From assembly GCA_048937405.1 (NCBI GenBank), contig JBHLNF010000003.1, positions 96,001 to 160,000 on the forward strand: a DNA stretch of 64,000 nucleotides. Direction: 5' to 3'. This document shows, one piece after another, positions 1 through 15,000 of the stretch (within the stretch, counting starts at the first letter, position 1; every line of letters begins with the position of its first letter). The translations under genes and the position numbers were made by a program. The notes below the pieces were generated by a model. The model ran no database searches, was not told the origin of the DNA, and saw only the letters and a program-made list of their open reading frames with translations. Origin of the DNA: Promethearchaeota archaeon (lineage in GTDB: Archaea; Asgardarchaeota; Lokiarchaeia; Sigyniarchaeales; SOKP01).

Positions 1-8
1 ATTCCGGG

Positions 9-3000
9 GTGGGTGTCAATGAGGATTATGTGGATAGTGATGCCTCCAATGTGGATGGAGTTTCTGATTTAGGAAATTTAATTAATTTTGATGATATGAA
101 GGCAATAGATAGTAGTTATTCGACATTGACCGAAACATCGGTAGGTGGGAGTAATATAGAGTTTGTTGATTCTACCGAAGTAATCGGTAGTCAATCAATG
201 TCTTTAAGTGTTCCTTCTGTACAAAACGGAGATTTTATGATCACGATTGTGGCTCATTCTGATGATAATCCTACTACAACACTTACACCTCCTTTGGGAT
301 GGACATTGCAACGGGATAAGACAAATATGGGTACAACAGCGGTTTCACCTCCGGTGATTTATGTGTATTACAGAATTGCGAATAATGAACCGTCGTCTTA
401 TATCTGGAGTTGGGATACCGCAGGTGGTGTAGTGGGTGTGTGTCTGGCTTACAGAAATGTTGATACTGTTACAGCAATAGATATTGATTCTTTAAATGCC
501 CAGACGAGTTCTGGAACAGATGTCATATCACCGAGTATAGTGACCAATAATGATGGGGATTGGATAATTTCGATAGAGTGGCATGACGATGATGATGGTG
601 TAACTGGTCCTTCTGATAGCGGGTTCACTGTACGACATGATGTGCAAACCGCAACAGGAGGGAATGGATTGGGGATAGGTGTTGGTGATGAGTATCGAGC
701 TACTGTTGGTTCAACAGGAACGAGAACTTGGACCCTTTCCTCTTCTGAGGAGCGGAGCGGTATTATGCTTTCCATTACTCCAGCTGCGGGTTCAAGCGAA
801 TATCAACTGAACCAGGAGGTGCAATTTGAAGGCATTCCTGATGAGGCGGATCAGATGCCAGTACAGGAGTTATGTATTAAAACGGGTAGCATGGGAGCGG
901 AAGACCTGGCTATGGAATACTGGGACGGGGATTCCTGGGAAGTACTTGCTTCTGATTTAGTAGCCTCTTCGTGGAACAATATCAGCATCGTAGGTTATCT
1001 ATCATCAGCGACCTTTACCGTTCGGTTCAGCGATGGTACCAAAACCTCGGATGGATCAGGAGATGTGTGGAATATCGATGCGGTGTTGATTCATCTTGAG
1101 AATTCTGGTGGTGAAGGAGGAAGTGCTGAATCAGATCTTTTACGATGCACTGATTTTGATTTTTCCAGTATTCCAGATACAGCAACAATAGATGGTATTA
1201 CTGTAGAAATTGATAAGTATACGGATGTATCTGATGCTATTTCAGATTATTCCATACGCCTTAGAAATTCAGGTGGTCCAAAGGGAAGTGATAAAGCCAG
1301 CGCTTCGTATTGGTCTACCTCTGATACTGATACTTACACGGTCTATGGCAGTTCAACTGATCTGTGGGACACTTCATGGATGGTTTCTGAGATTAAAAGC
1401 GCAAATTTTGGGGTAGATATTATAGCAGAAACGGGTACCAGTGCCAGTGCGTTTATTGATCATGTACAGATCAAAATAAATTATATCGAATCTTTTTCAG
1501 GTAGGGAGTGGCAAAATCCGAGTAATGCAAATACTCAGGATGATGTTGACACTATTGTGGTATTTACTACTACTTCTGAAGATACTTCTGATATATTACG
1601 ACTTACAAATTTTGGATTTATAATTTCTGATATCGTAAATATTGTAGGTATCGAAGTGGGATTTGATCGTGAGGCAAATATTACAAATTCTATCACCGAT
1701 GGCTATCTAAAATTATTGAAAGCTGGATCTCCAGTAGGAGATGATAAAGCGACGACAACACCTTGGACGGTTGGAGACGATGATACATATGATATATTTG
1801 GCGCTTCCGATGATCTGTGGGGTACTTCGTGGACATATTCTGATATTAACGATAATGGGTTTGGAGTGGAGTTGTTTGTAAATTATACGGGTTCTTCCAA
1901 TGCTGAGGCTAGAATTGATCATATCCATATTACCGTGTATTATACGGTACCACCATCTTTACAGCAGGATAGTGGTATAATACGTCCATATGGGGATGTT
2001 TCTGCTCAGTGGAATGGATCTGATGTGGGAGATCATTTCAGTTTATTGAATGATATTGTTATAGATCCTACCATTCCAGATATCAACCTCGGATATATTT
2101 TTTCTTCCAGTAGAAGCTCTGGACCGTATATTGTTGATGAATTTACTATGGATACATTGGATATCAATAATGGTAATGTAACGCAAATTACCATAAAAGT
2201 ATACGGCAATGAAACCGATATTGATTCTAGGGTGGATGTGTATTGTGGTGGTAGTTGGTTAGGAGCTAAACAGTTGAATATGGGTTCGATCCCAGGATGG
2301 TATATTTATACTTGGAGCGGATTAAGTTTATCTCAGGCTGATCTTGGAGGGATGCAAGTGAGATTCAACTCGACCGTTCCCACGCCAGGACCAATAGAAT
2401 TTTATGAGGATTTCGATTATGTGCAATTTGGAGATATTTTAGATAGCACCTTTGATACAACCGAATTTACGATATGTGGATGGGTTAATCCAACTGCATT
2501 TTCCGATGTAGAAAGTTCCCATGGTGTGAACAACGTCTTCTTCTCAAAGGAGGGCATCCTGGAATTGGGAGTAAATGAAAGCGGTTATGTAGAGGTCTAT
2601 CTTGATCCGAATAACTTGCCTGACGCAACCGCAACCTACGGTACCTCGGGAGCGGTTCAAATAGGCCAGTGGAATTTTCTTGCGGTACGGTATACCAGAG
2701 GAAATGTTGATGTGATAATTAATGATGTTTGGTACACCTCTGCGGTGGGAGGTACTACGGAGCCGTGGAGCGGAGGGAATCAGCTGGAGAATGGTGGCAC
2801 CTTCATTATCGGTGCAGAACTGACTAATTATACCTGTTTTGCAGGGAATATAGATGATGTGAGAGTGTATAATCGCTCATTAACGTTTAACGAAGTTGAA
2901 GAAATTCGGTTAGGGAATGAACTTAGACTGGAATGCACAGTTTCACGAGAAAATGGTGCGGGTGGATGGGTACCTATTACTTCGGGAGAGCTAATCGATA

Positions 3001-6000
3001 GTTATATTCACTTTGAATGTGAAAAAATGTATGGTGAAATGGTAGCCCTTGAAACAGTTGAGTTTTACATAGCGACATATGAACCTACAATGTTAGAAGA
3101 TCCAGTTCCCGATGAATGGAGTTTGATTAGAAGCTACTCCTATAATCGGGATCATTATTCGTTTGTTGTTCACAGTAGAAATCTACCAGACGAACCCACC
3201 TGGTATTTCATTGTTCGAGTGGTATGTTCAGATCAGAACGTTACGTTTAGTATATATAGTAATTCGTTTGGTATTAGTCATTTCGAAGAGTCTGTAAATT
3301 TTACCTATGTCAATATTGATGGGCGTGTTAATCATAATTCTCAAATTGGCGTGTTACCACTAGAGAGATTTAGCTACCACATAGAATCTATTAATCTATA
3401 TGTAAATTATTCTGGGTCGATTGATAAAGTGAATAACGTGCCTTTCACATACAATGATATGTATTTTAATAATTGGTTACTTGAACTTGATGAATTAACA
3501 CAATGGGTATTAGATGAAGGATTATTACCAGGTGAGTATATCATCAATTTCATTGTTGAAGCAAACTTTACTTTCGGACCAGAATTTAACTATTATATGT
3601 ACAACTATACGATGGGTAATATTACTTTAGATATCGAAAGTCCAGATATTACATTAAATATACAACACAATCCATTTGAAACGACATATACAGATGAAGA
3701 AGATCACTTATTAACAGCGCAGCTAGATTTTATAGATGATCACTTTTCATATGTAAGGCTCGATTACATGTATCATACCTATGAAACTCAGGAAATTTGG
3801 AGGGATTACGGTATAGAATTTACAGGATCGTCCCCTAGTATGAATATTACGTTTGACATACTCAATTTTAGAGATGATAACATTTCTATGAGGTTTATTG
3901 GCTATGACGATTTGGGTAATGAAAAAATTCTAGATGAAGCCAGTTTTTGGTTCCTAAAAGATATGAACAACCACCGTGATTTTGTAGTAAACGGTATTGA
4001 TGAGAATTATTTGTATTCTCTCGATCACAGCGGAAAAATCGATCTTGATGTAACTATATATCCAGTTGATAATGATATCACCAAAGTAACGCTTACAACT
4101 ATGTACGAGAATTTTAAACTCAATAACACAGTTATAGAAAATGATCATATCTACTTCAGCGATACGAGTGTAGGTGAGATAAATATTAAACTAAACAGTA
4201 TCTATTATGAAGTATTTGCAACTGATTTTCTTCAGATTCCAGTCACCATACGATTATATCAGGATGATAATATAATAGCAACAAAACAATTTACCATTAT
4301 CTCAACCACAAAGGTGTTTGAGGATCCCATAGAGATATCTGGAATTGATATCAATTTAGATTATAATGATGAAGTGGTATATGAAGAAAACTTTAATGAG
4401 TCAAATTGGAATTTATACGGAAATAATCCACACACATTTGATGTATCATCATCTACGATTAATAACTATTTAAATAAAAATCACTCTTTAAAAGAGTCAT
4501 TTTATAGTTATACAGGCGAATATAGTTTAGAATCTCCTTCAGGCTCTATTCACTTCAATGAAGACGATAACCACTGGTACGTATTTGATAAGAGCAATAG
4601 TAGATTATATCAATATAATCCCGATTGGACATATACTGGCACATTTTACAATATTGATACATCATCATTTCCCTCATTTGAACCTACTTCTATTTATTAT
4701 GAAGATGATTGGTATGTATCTGGTACAAATTCTGAAGATTATTTATATTCCTATCTCAGAACATCTACATCCAGCAACATACCTTTAAATAATAAGTATG
4801 AAATAGTTGAAACCCCATATGGGATTTATTTTTCGGATTTGAATGGTCGTTTTATTTATAAGACTTCTGATGAGGGAAAAACTTTTACAACGGTAGTAGA
4901 TGAATCACAGAGTGTAACACGTATTAAAGGTCTTTTGTTTGATGAAAATACTAATCGTCTATACTTTTTACTGTCGGATAATATCTATTATGATGAGTAC
5001 TCTCTAAAATCAAAATATATAGAATTAGATAATAATGATAATGTTGTTGAACGATATAATATATATTTTCAAAAAATGTCTTTATCACCCATTGATAATT
5101 TTATTCATCAAAATAGAAAATATGAATTTTATGAATATCAAGAACCCAGTACAGCGGATATAATATTTGAAATAAGAGATCAATCAGGACCTTCGACATG
5201 GTCATACAATATGGGATCTACTATAAATCATTATGGATCATTTCACCATACTTATCCAACTCTCGTAGGAAATAATCTATGGTTCTTGGGTGGTTGGGAC
5301 GATGGAAATGTTGAAATATGGAGGTTCAGTTTAGTCTCCAAGGTTTTTACAAAAATGAAGGATTTAGGAGCCAATACTAAGATCCCTTTAACACCTATTT
5401 ATCAGCTGTATGGAGAACTTGCGTATAATGGACATGATCATCTTTGTTTTATAATTGAAGGTGTATCTGATGACCGACGTTATTATTGGAATTACTCGAT
5501 TTCTACAAATATAGCAATTAAAGGAGCAGAATGTGACGTTTCGTTTATGTTAAATAAATATGCAGATGGATATACGAAAGCTTTTGATCGTGAACAAGGT
5601 ATAATATATTTACTAACTGATAACGGATTAGAAACATTCTATGAAGAGGATTTTCAGGCGCCTATCTCAGTTATAACTGAAAACTATTTCTGGACATTCG
5701 ATAAAAAATTCTACAAGCTTGAATATCCTAACTTATTGAAATTTGATTATGATTGGAGGATATATTCTGGCTCTCATTATGATATTGATGTTAGTAACAA
5801 CGGTCTTAATTCTATGTGTTATCAGAATGGATACTGGTATGTGGCTGATGGTAATTTTATAAAGAAATTTAATGCGGAGTGGGTATATCAAACAGAATAT
5901 TTTGTAGGTTCTGAAGATACACCGATATCTCTTAAGTTTAATGAAGATGATAGTTACTGGTATATGCTGGGTGAATATAGTTCAACGGTGTATAGATATG

Positions 6001-9000
6001 ATTCTAACTGGGTATATACAGAAACATCATATAATATAAATCAAGACGCAGATCCAAGAGGGATTTATTATCATAATGGATACTGGTGGATGTGCGGTAA
6101 CGAACGTGACAAAATCTACAAATACGATAATCTTTTTACGGTTTCTAAAATATATCAGGGAAATGGAATTTTATACTGCCAAACGGGTGCTACTGAAACA
6201 ATATCATTAAGAAGTAATAGTCTTGATCTTGATCTAATACCTGGAGATATTATTGAAATTACATATAACACCACTTCGACACACGAGATAATGTTTAATT
6301 TGTTAAGCTCTGGAATACAACAAAAAGGATTTAAATTGATACAAGAGGGGAATAAAAATTTCGGTACTAAGACTGTAGGATTTATTCTTGATAATTTTGA
6401 TGATTTTTATGATAATATAGATCAACTCGAATTTACTGGAACATTTGACGATACTCACAATTTAGTAATAGATCACATAAAGATATACCGCATTCCTCCG
6501 AATATTTTTATGAATGTGTCTTGTGGGAATTCGTATAACAACTCTTATAATTTACCATTTATAGTAAATAACATCAATCCCTATGTTGAATTTTACAATT
6601 CCGAGAATGAATTAGTGCAAACAGTAAGGTTATTCTCAAATGTGAGTGATATGAGAGTACAACTTTATTCCAATGAATACTTATACCTATACACAAGTAC
6701 AAAACTACCAGCAAACACGCATTTATGGTGGGAAATTGGTAGCGGAGAATTGTATCTTGTAGATGCTGCTGATCAAACTCAATTGTATGTATCTACCGAT
6801 GAAGGAATGACCTGGATTCAGGTAGATATTGATCCTTCTGACACTTCTGGAGATGCTAAATCACGAGATCACAACATCCAATCAGCGTGGCATGACAACG
6901 TAAGTCAGGTTATATGGTTTGTTGATTGTGATGATGGAACGGCAGACAATTTCGATGTGTGGAAACTTGATTACAGTACGAATAAAACGCACCCAACTAT
7001 AACAGAAATAGGAACTTCTAGTGGTGCTGATGCAGGTAGTGTGATGTTTACGGATATTTTTGTATATAGTTCAGATACATATGTTGTAAATTATGAGGAG
7101 AGATCAGGCACTAAAGTCGTTGTCGTTTGGGATGTGGATACTGCACCATTTACTCAGGAGGGTATACACTATCCAGGCAGTCCAGCGACACATGTTGAAC
7201 TGTCTTTTGTTACACTTATAGGTGATGATGTCTATCTTACTGAGGAACTTGACACAGGACAACCATCACCCATGGATTCAATTCGCATACTGCGTTTTGA
7301 TCTTTTTACCTCATCATGGGGCGCTCCAGATTATCTAAGTGGGTATGATATGCTAGAAAGGGGTATCGTCTATGATGGTAATGATACTATATATTTTATG
7401 GCTGCTAACATTGCTGATGGCAAGAATTATGTATGTTCTTATTCTATTTCAACCTTTACAATTACAGTGGGACAAGAAAATAACATTTCATTTATGTTAA
7501 ACCGAAATGCGGATGGATATGGAAAAGCATTTCATACAAATGGCATAATATATCAAATTACTGAAAACGATATTGAGTTGTTTAATACTAGATCTTATGA
7601 TGATGATGTAATCGCTATTACAGAAGGATATATTATGACCGCAAACGGTAAGTTATACATCTTTGAAAACATTACAATTACGCGGAACAGGTTTAAGGTA
7701 CCATTTCCAGATTTAAATCCTGGAGAGGAATTGGCGGATATAAGAGTTGTTACTATTAGCGGTACCTCATATGAATTTTATTATTTTATAGATGCAACTG
7801 ATCAGGAAATTTACATCAATTTACTAACAGATGAAAACATTGATGGTACATATAATGAGATATATATACGGTACGGATTTACTAACACATCTATCGGATT
7901 TCATCAGTTTTATGGATATTACGACTTAAAATCAACTCTTTTTATCCCAGAAGGGAATTATACATTAAAAGGCTACTTTCATGATATTTCGGGTACAGTT
8001 TCTAAATTTTTATCAAATACAACACATGTAATTGATTTTGAAAGTCCTCGGGTGTTCAAGCAATTTGAAGAAAGTGTAATAATTAATAATCTAAAAGATG
8101 GATTTATTTCATTCATTATTGAAGATTTTAGCGGTATCGACGAGTGCTTTTTCCTTGATCAAATTTTTGATGGGTATTGGGATGTTCAAGGTAATCTTTA
8201 TACCTATTACTTTACTGATCCCCATGCGACTATATTTTTATCTGAATTTTCAACCCCTTCTTTGTGGAATTTCAGCGTCGCCTATGGGAAATTGGACTAT
8301 CATAATCTTGAACATATTGATAATATCAATACAACAATTTATGGTGAGTATACCACATATGACACTCCAGAACAACCCAGCGACGTCATTGTAATAGATG
8401 GAATTATTACAGATTATGGAAATCTCGAATTTATTGATAATAACGAAACAACAATTGATGCCGAGTATAGCGGTAGTTCATATGACATTAATGCAGAAAT
8501 ATTAATCGATGGGATACCGCCAAATATAAATGACTGGAGGTCCTACCTCAGATTTAATCATAGTTCTACTGCAACTATTGATTTTGATATATGGGATTAT
8601 ACATTATCCGATTGGCAAGATATAAGCGCAGGCCATTATCCAGCAACCTACAGTTTTGAAAACGATCAAGCTGGGCAAAATCCTAGTGAATGGGATATAG
8701 ATGAAACAGGAGGGACTGTCGACGTTCTCGCTACTTTTCAAAGACATGACAAAGTTGTAAAAATTACAGATAGTAGCGGTTCTGATTATCCACGATTTTA
8801 TCAAAGTATCGATTATTTATCATATGGAAAGGTGGAATTTTGGATTTGTGCAGGTGAGACTGATAGAATGCATCGTTTTGCGATTGTTGATTATATGGAT
8901 GAAGGACTTGAGTTTTATATGAGAAATAATGGGCAATTTTCTTATTATGATGTTAATGGGTATCATGATATAGGCGCATATATTACGAATCAATGGTATC

Positions 9001-12000
9001 ATATCAAAATAGAATTCGGTCTTACAGACTGGCATCTGTGGATAGATGGTGTTTCTAAGGATCAAGGGAATGGATATGGATATTATGGATATCGTATACC
9101 ATTTACTATTATGACTTTTGAAACAAATTCAGGGGAAACTGGCGCTGATTTTTATATTGATGCAGTAGGAACTTCTTGGTATTCAAAGAAATATAATATC
9201 GGGGACAATAAATACGCAACTCAATTATTATCTACTGATTTAATTAACAATCGCGTTGTAAAGGTACGGTATATAGCCACTGATTCAACCGATTTTGTAC
9301 TAGACATTGATCAACTCCGAGTAGATTACTATGATGATAAGTATAAAATAGAAGGAGAAATTGAATGGTCAGTAGATGATCCAATTTTATATTCAATCGA
9401 TTCGCTACGATTTAGTCAGTTTGTTGAAAACAGACTTGATAATTTTGATATATGGAATTATACATTAGGTAATTGGCAGGATATTTCAAGTGAAGACAGT
9501 CCATTTACACTTTCATCTGATTTTTATGACAGTAGCAATATTATAAAGGTTCGTTACATAGCATCTTCTGATACCACTTTTGGCTTAGATTTAGATCAGC
9601 TCAGAACTGATTACACAACTACAATACCAGTTGAAGGATTTGTATCCACATTCCATTTATTTGTTAAGGATACCGTGGGTAATAATAATACAATTGGTAT
9701 TTCACTCGCATTTGATGATGTGCCTCCTGCGATTGAAGATTTGTACATACATACCAAATATTGGAATGAATTACTGAGAATTGATATAAAGATCAAAGAT
9801 ACTTCTGATTATGATATTTCATTGATGTTAAAAAACATCATTAACAAAGCAACCTTTACTCGGTTGAAATACACCATCACAAATGTAGGACAAGATGAAT
9901 GGCAGATTTTGTTAGATACATCTCAACTGCCGAATGGCTTGTACGATATTTATCTCACCATAACAGACATAGCGGGAAATTCACTTATACATGTTATTGA
10001 AGACATATATTTGGATAACAGTCCCGTAGAATTTTTGTATCTTGAAGATAAAGTAATAATCGACGACATTTCGATGTATAGTTTTGTAATTGATGATGTA
10101 TTATATTTCAATGATAGAAAAGAAATAGCTATTTCTGCAATTGACATTACCTACGACGGTTTTAGCTGGAGTTTAATTGATCCAGCGCTGGGTATTCAAC
10201 AAGGGGTTCATAATATTACAATGTATATAACAAACGAGCTTGCTTATCACCCCGTTGTGTTATCAACCGAATTGAATTATGATACACTTTCATATGTAAT
10301 AATCGGCTATGGTACCTATCCAAATATTATATATGATACACAAGCCATCAAGGAAATCAAGCGGTTGAAAATTAATGATGTAGTTATAGAAAATAACGGG
10401 TTTTCGACCTCATTTACTGGAGGTTCATATGTATTGCATATTGATCCTCATTATACATATTTACTATCCCCATTAAATACAATTGAAGCCGAGTTCTATG
10501 AACGCATTGAAGACGGCATTTATTTTGAGTTTGATAGTATTAGTATGGAATGGGTTTTGAAATCAAGTGGAAAAGATTTCTTTAATATCTCTGAGTATCT
10601 GTCACTTTCTGAAGGAGAAGAATTTTACTTTTGGTTCGAATTGGAAGATGGAATGGGTGTTGCCAAAAATGGTTCGGTATCATATAATCCGTGGTGGAGA
10701 TACACAGGGATTAATTATCCAGTTTTTCCAGTTAACGAAACATCTCCAAAAAGCATATACTACCAAAATGGATATTGGTATGTGCTTGGAGATTATAACA
10801 ATAAAGTATTTAAGTACTATTCTAATTGGATACCTACTGGTGAGTCATATTCCATTGCTTCTGAGGATAACCTACCACAATCGATCTATTACTATGATGG
10901 ATATTGGTGGGTATTGGGTCAATTTAACAAAACTGTGTTTAAGTACAATCCAGACTGGACTTATACTAACTTAAACTACACGATAGATGAAGATGCCTGG
11001 CCAACTTCAATTTTTTATCATAACGGATATTGGTGGGTGCTCGGAAATGCTCAATCAGAAGTATTTAAATATAACTCTGATTGGACATATTCTGGAGAAT
11101 CATTTTTACTCGAAACAGAGGGAGATCTAAGTGACATCAATTTTGAGGGAGGATATTGGTATGTCTGTTGCAATGATAAAAGAAGGATATATAAGTACGC
11201 AGTTGATTGGACATATTTGGGAGAATCTTTTTCAGTAAACGCGAATCCGACCGCTATTCATTATGCAAATGACTACTGGTGGGTTCTGGGAGAACAGTCA
11301 AGAATATACAAGTATATGTGGCAGACTTCGAATGAGACAAGGGGAAATATCTTTATCACCCATACCTATAAAGGAATTTATGATAATTCAATTGAACGGA
11401 TAGGTGATGGGAACTTATTTGAATGGAACCTCGGTACTACGTCTAATGGTACAGGAGTTGTGATTTTCGGTACAGATGAGTACAAGGATAGCTTGATCCA
11501 GATCGATCCGTCATCAGTGCTTCCTGATGTGAACGATGATATGGATATCGCGAGAGTAATGATTTATGGAACTGAAAATCCTGAGTATTACATTGTGGAT
11601 ACTGCGTGGTGGAATCTTGATGAAGGTACAGGAAACATTGCTGAAGACTCTATTAATGGAGATCACAATGGTATAATTTATGGGACGACCTGGGATGATG
11701 GATTAAACGGTAAAGCACTGTATTTTGATGGTATAAACGATTATGTTTCAACAAATCTTGATATGACCTCTATTTGGACTGCTGGGGATCCGATTCACAT
11801 ATCTGTTTGGTTCAAAACTACCGCAACGAGTGGTTATATCATCGCGGGAACTCCTGAAGGAGGTCCAGATATAGCAGTTCAAATGTATAATGGACAAGTT
11901 AGAGTTCGATTGTACGGCGATACAGTAGCGGCATCTGATAATGAAGAATATAATGATAATGAATGGCATCTTGTCGATTTTGGCTGTAATGAAACTGATT

Positions 12001-15000
12001 CTTATTTCTATGTCGATGGTGTATTACAATCAACCGCACCATCTATTGGAACCTTTAATCGAGAGACTTCCCTAATGTTTGGTGCCCGTAAAACTCCTGC
12101 TCAAGACTTTTATGAGGGTTATATTGATGACATTCGTATTTATCAATACGCGCTCTCAGGTGATCAGATTCAATGGTTATATAATGAAGGTAAAGGTAGA
12201 ACATCACTATGGGATTTTGTTGGTAGATGTTATTATGATGAAGTAGAAGATAGGTGGGTGTATTACTGGAATGACGAAACTGTTGATGATATTTCTTCTA
12301 GAACGTATCATTTAAAGAGCTATGTATTTGATAAAGCTGGTAATTACCTTGATTTTAACGAACATTACAGTGGAACTTATAGTTTTGAACACGATACAAT
12401 TGGATTCATACCTAATGGATGGATAGGTAGTTCGAGCGCACCTGTATATGTAGAGGTGATTGATTCGTGGGAAGCTCATAATAAAATGCTAAGAATACAT
12501 GATGATGGAATACAAACACCATTCGACTTGATTGCAGTAACCGAGAACATATTTAGTAGTCAGCAAACAAAAGGTACTATTGAGTTTTGGTGGGGCGCTG
12601 ATAATGTCTATGATTGGTCGCAATGTGTTGTCTACAACCAAGATACTTTTAAGTCAATTCGTGTAGTACTTTATCAGAATAAGTTTCAATACCATGATGG
12701 ATCATCATATCAACCTCTAGCTGATGTTTTTAACAATACTTTATATCATGTTCGATTAGTGTTTGATTGTGATTTAGATACATATGATATTTATCTGAAT
12801 GGGAATTTAGAAAAGGATGATGCTCAATTTTTATTTAACGCGGATTCTTTAAAATCATTAGATTTTTCAATGGCAGACGAAGATGGAGGTGGTGCAGATC
12901 TTTATGTCGATGCGATAGGGTACTCATGGGATAATGATTACAAAATCGGAGATAACAATTTTGAATTCGGACGTTCAGCGGTGCAAATCTATGATTTTGT
13001 GGATATCGAACTTGCCACTGACATCATTCTTGGAAAGGTGTTTGAGTACAACAGCACCTTACCACAAAATATACAAGAAATAACAGGAATTATTCAAGAT
13101 TACTTTGGCACTGATAATCTATGGGACATTATAGTTGAGTATTATAATCCGTTAGAACATGAATGGATACCTCTGGCAGTAGATTCATCGGTAATTACCA
13201 ACGGAAAGTACACAATTACCTGGGATATCAATCAGGATGAAACATTCTTGAATTCAATGTATTATTTAGAATATGAATTCCTTCCTTATGCAATTCCTAA
13301 TAGCGGTTCTGAATTGTGGGGATCATGGGGTACCTTTTATTCAGGTGGAGATTGGCAACCCATTGTTGTAACAAAACACTCTTCAGACGTCGATATTACT
13401 GTATATAAATTTGATGGCATAAACGGATGGCAGGTGGATACCCAGCGCAGTAGTGAAAATACTATACCATCGCTAAATGGTGAAGTATTCAAATTATTTG
13501 ATATCAACAATGACGGAGTGAGTGAAATTGTCAGGGTATCTCCCGCTCAAATTGATGTGATCTATTTAGATCTGGATGTGTGGGTACTACATGAAAATGT
13601 CACCTACATGAGTGGGTATGAATATTTTGCATTTGATCTATTTTATGATGAAGACTTCGATAAAACTATACTAGTTGTCATGCAAGAAAATATTGCTCAA
13701 GGAATCTTATCACTGTGGAAATATCAGTTTGATGCTCAATTTAACCTTGATTTGGTAAGACAGGTTTACTGTCCTTTAAATTTTTATCCATATACTATAA
13801 AAATTGTAAACGATTTTTCAACAAACGATAGAAACGCGATATTAGTAGGTGGGTTAATGGAAGGAGGCGCCTATTATTCTCAGCTTCTTGAATATGACCA
13901 GAATTTGGATGTACAAAAAGTAATTACAGAGGAAGTTCTGGGAAAAATTAGCGCTATTGAATATGAGCAAATTAACGGAATACATACGATTTTCCTTGGT
14001 ATGGATCGACTTGCAATCGGAAAAATGGATGCTGTAGTAGTACTGAAGAAAAAAGAATTTTCGGATGAATGGAATGAATTAGAATTAGGGGAGTTTGAAG
14101 AGGACATCAAGTTTAAGATTTTGGATCTTCTTTTTATCAATGATAATAATAATATGAAATTGATAACAGCATCAAACACGGGGGTGTTTCAAACATCGAT
14201 CATATATGTAGAAGACAAATCTACAATTAAAAGCCCTATTGTCGTGAAGAAGTTAATGCTACTTAAAGATGATTTGAACTCAGAAAGTCATCCTTTTCAC
14301 ACAATCGAAATTACTGATCGAGTGTATTCTATAGAAAGGGTATATTATAAGTTAAACAACAGATGGGTGGAATTGGGAGAATCAAAGTATGTTTATTCAA
14401 ATTTCAAAATCAAACTCGATTTAAGCGCTGTCTCGTGGAATGATTTACAGTCAGTTATAATTGTGTATAGTTTTTGCTCTTTTAAGGTTATAGAAGAAAA
14501 CGTTATAGATCCATCTTTTAAAATATTTGATGGACAGGCTGATATCAATGAACTATCCGCATCTGCAACATTTTACAAAGATTTACAATTCCCCTTGTTA
14601 TGGATCAATCCAGGGACAAGAACAGATCAATTTTATCTTCCAAACGCATTGACATTACATCGGGAACCAGTTATTTCTGGATACGGTAGGAAGTCGGCAT
14701 ATCCTATTGATATGCAACAGGGATGGGATGGAGAGTATAGTGCAGCGTACACCTCTATGACAGAACTTGAAAATAGTTTGATTTTTTACAATAATACTTA
14801 TGATTCGGGAATTCTTGCTCAAGAGTTAACGGGTAAAGATGATAATCCCGAGGTGGGACTTAACGGGGATAAGAAAAAGGTATTTGATGATCAGTTTGAA
14901 GGGAATTATATAGACGGGGTGTGGATTAGCAACCCAGCAATCAGTGAGAATTACGATTTCAGTGAGATGTATTATGATCAAATACATGATGAAACACTGG

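Noticed and set aside
9-11. GTG at 9 as the real start codon
   Set aside because: The frame is open to the window edge, no signal peptide follows, and orphan C-half domains require upstream coding sequence
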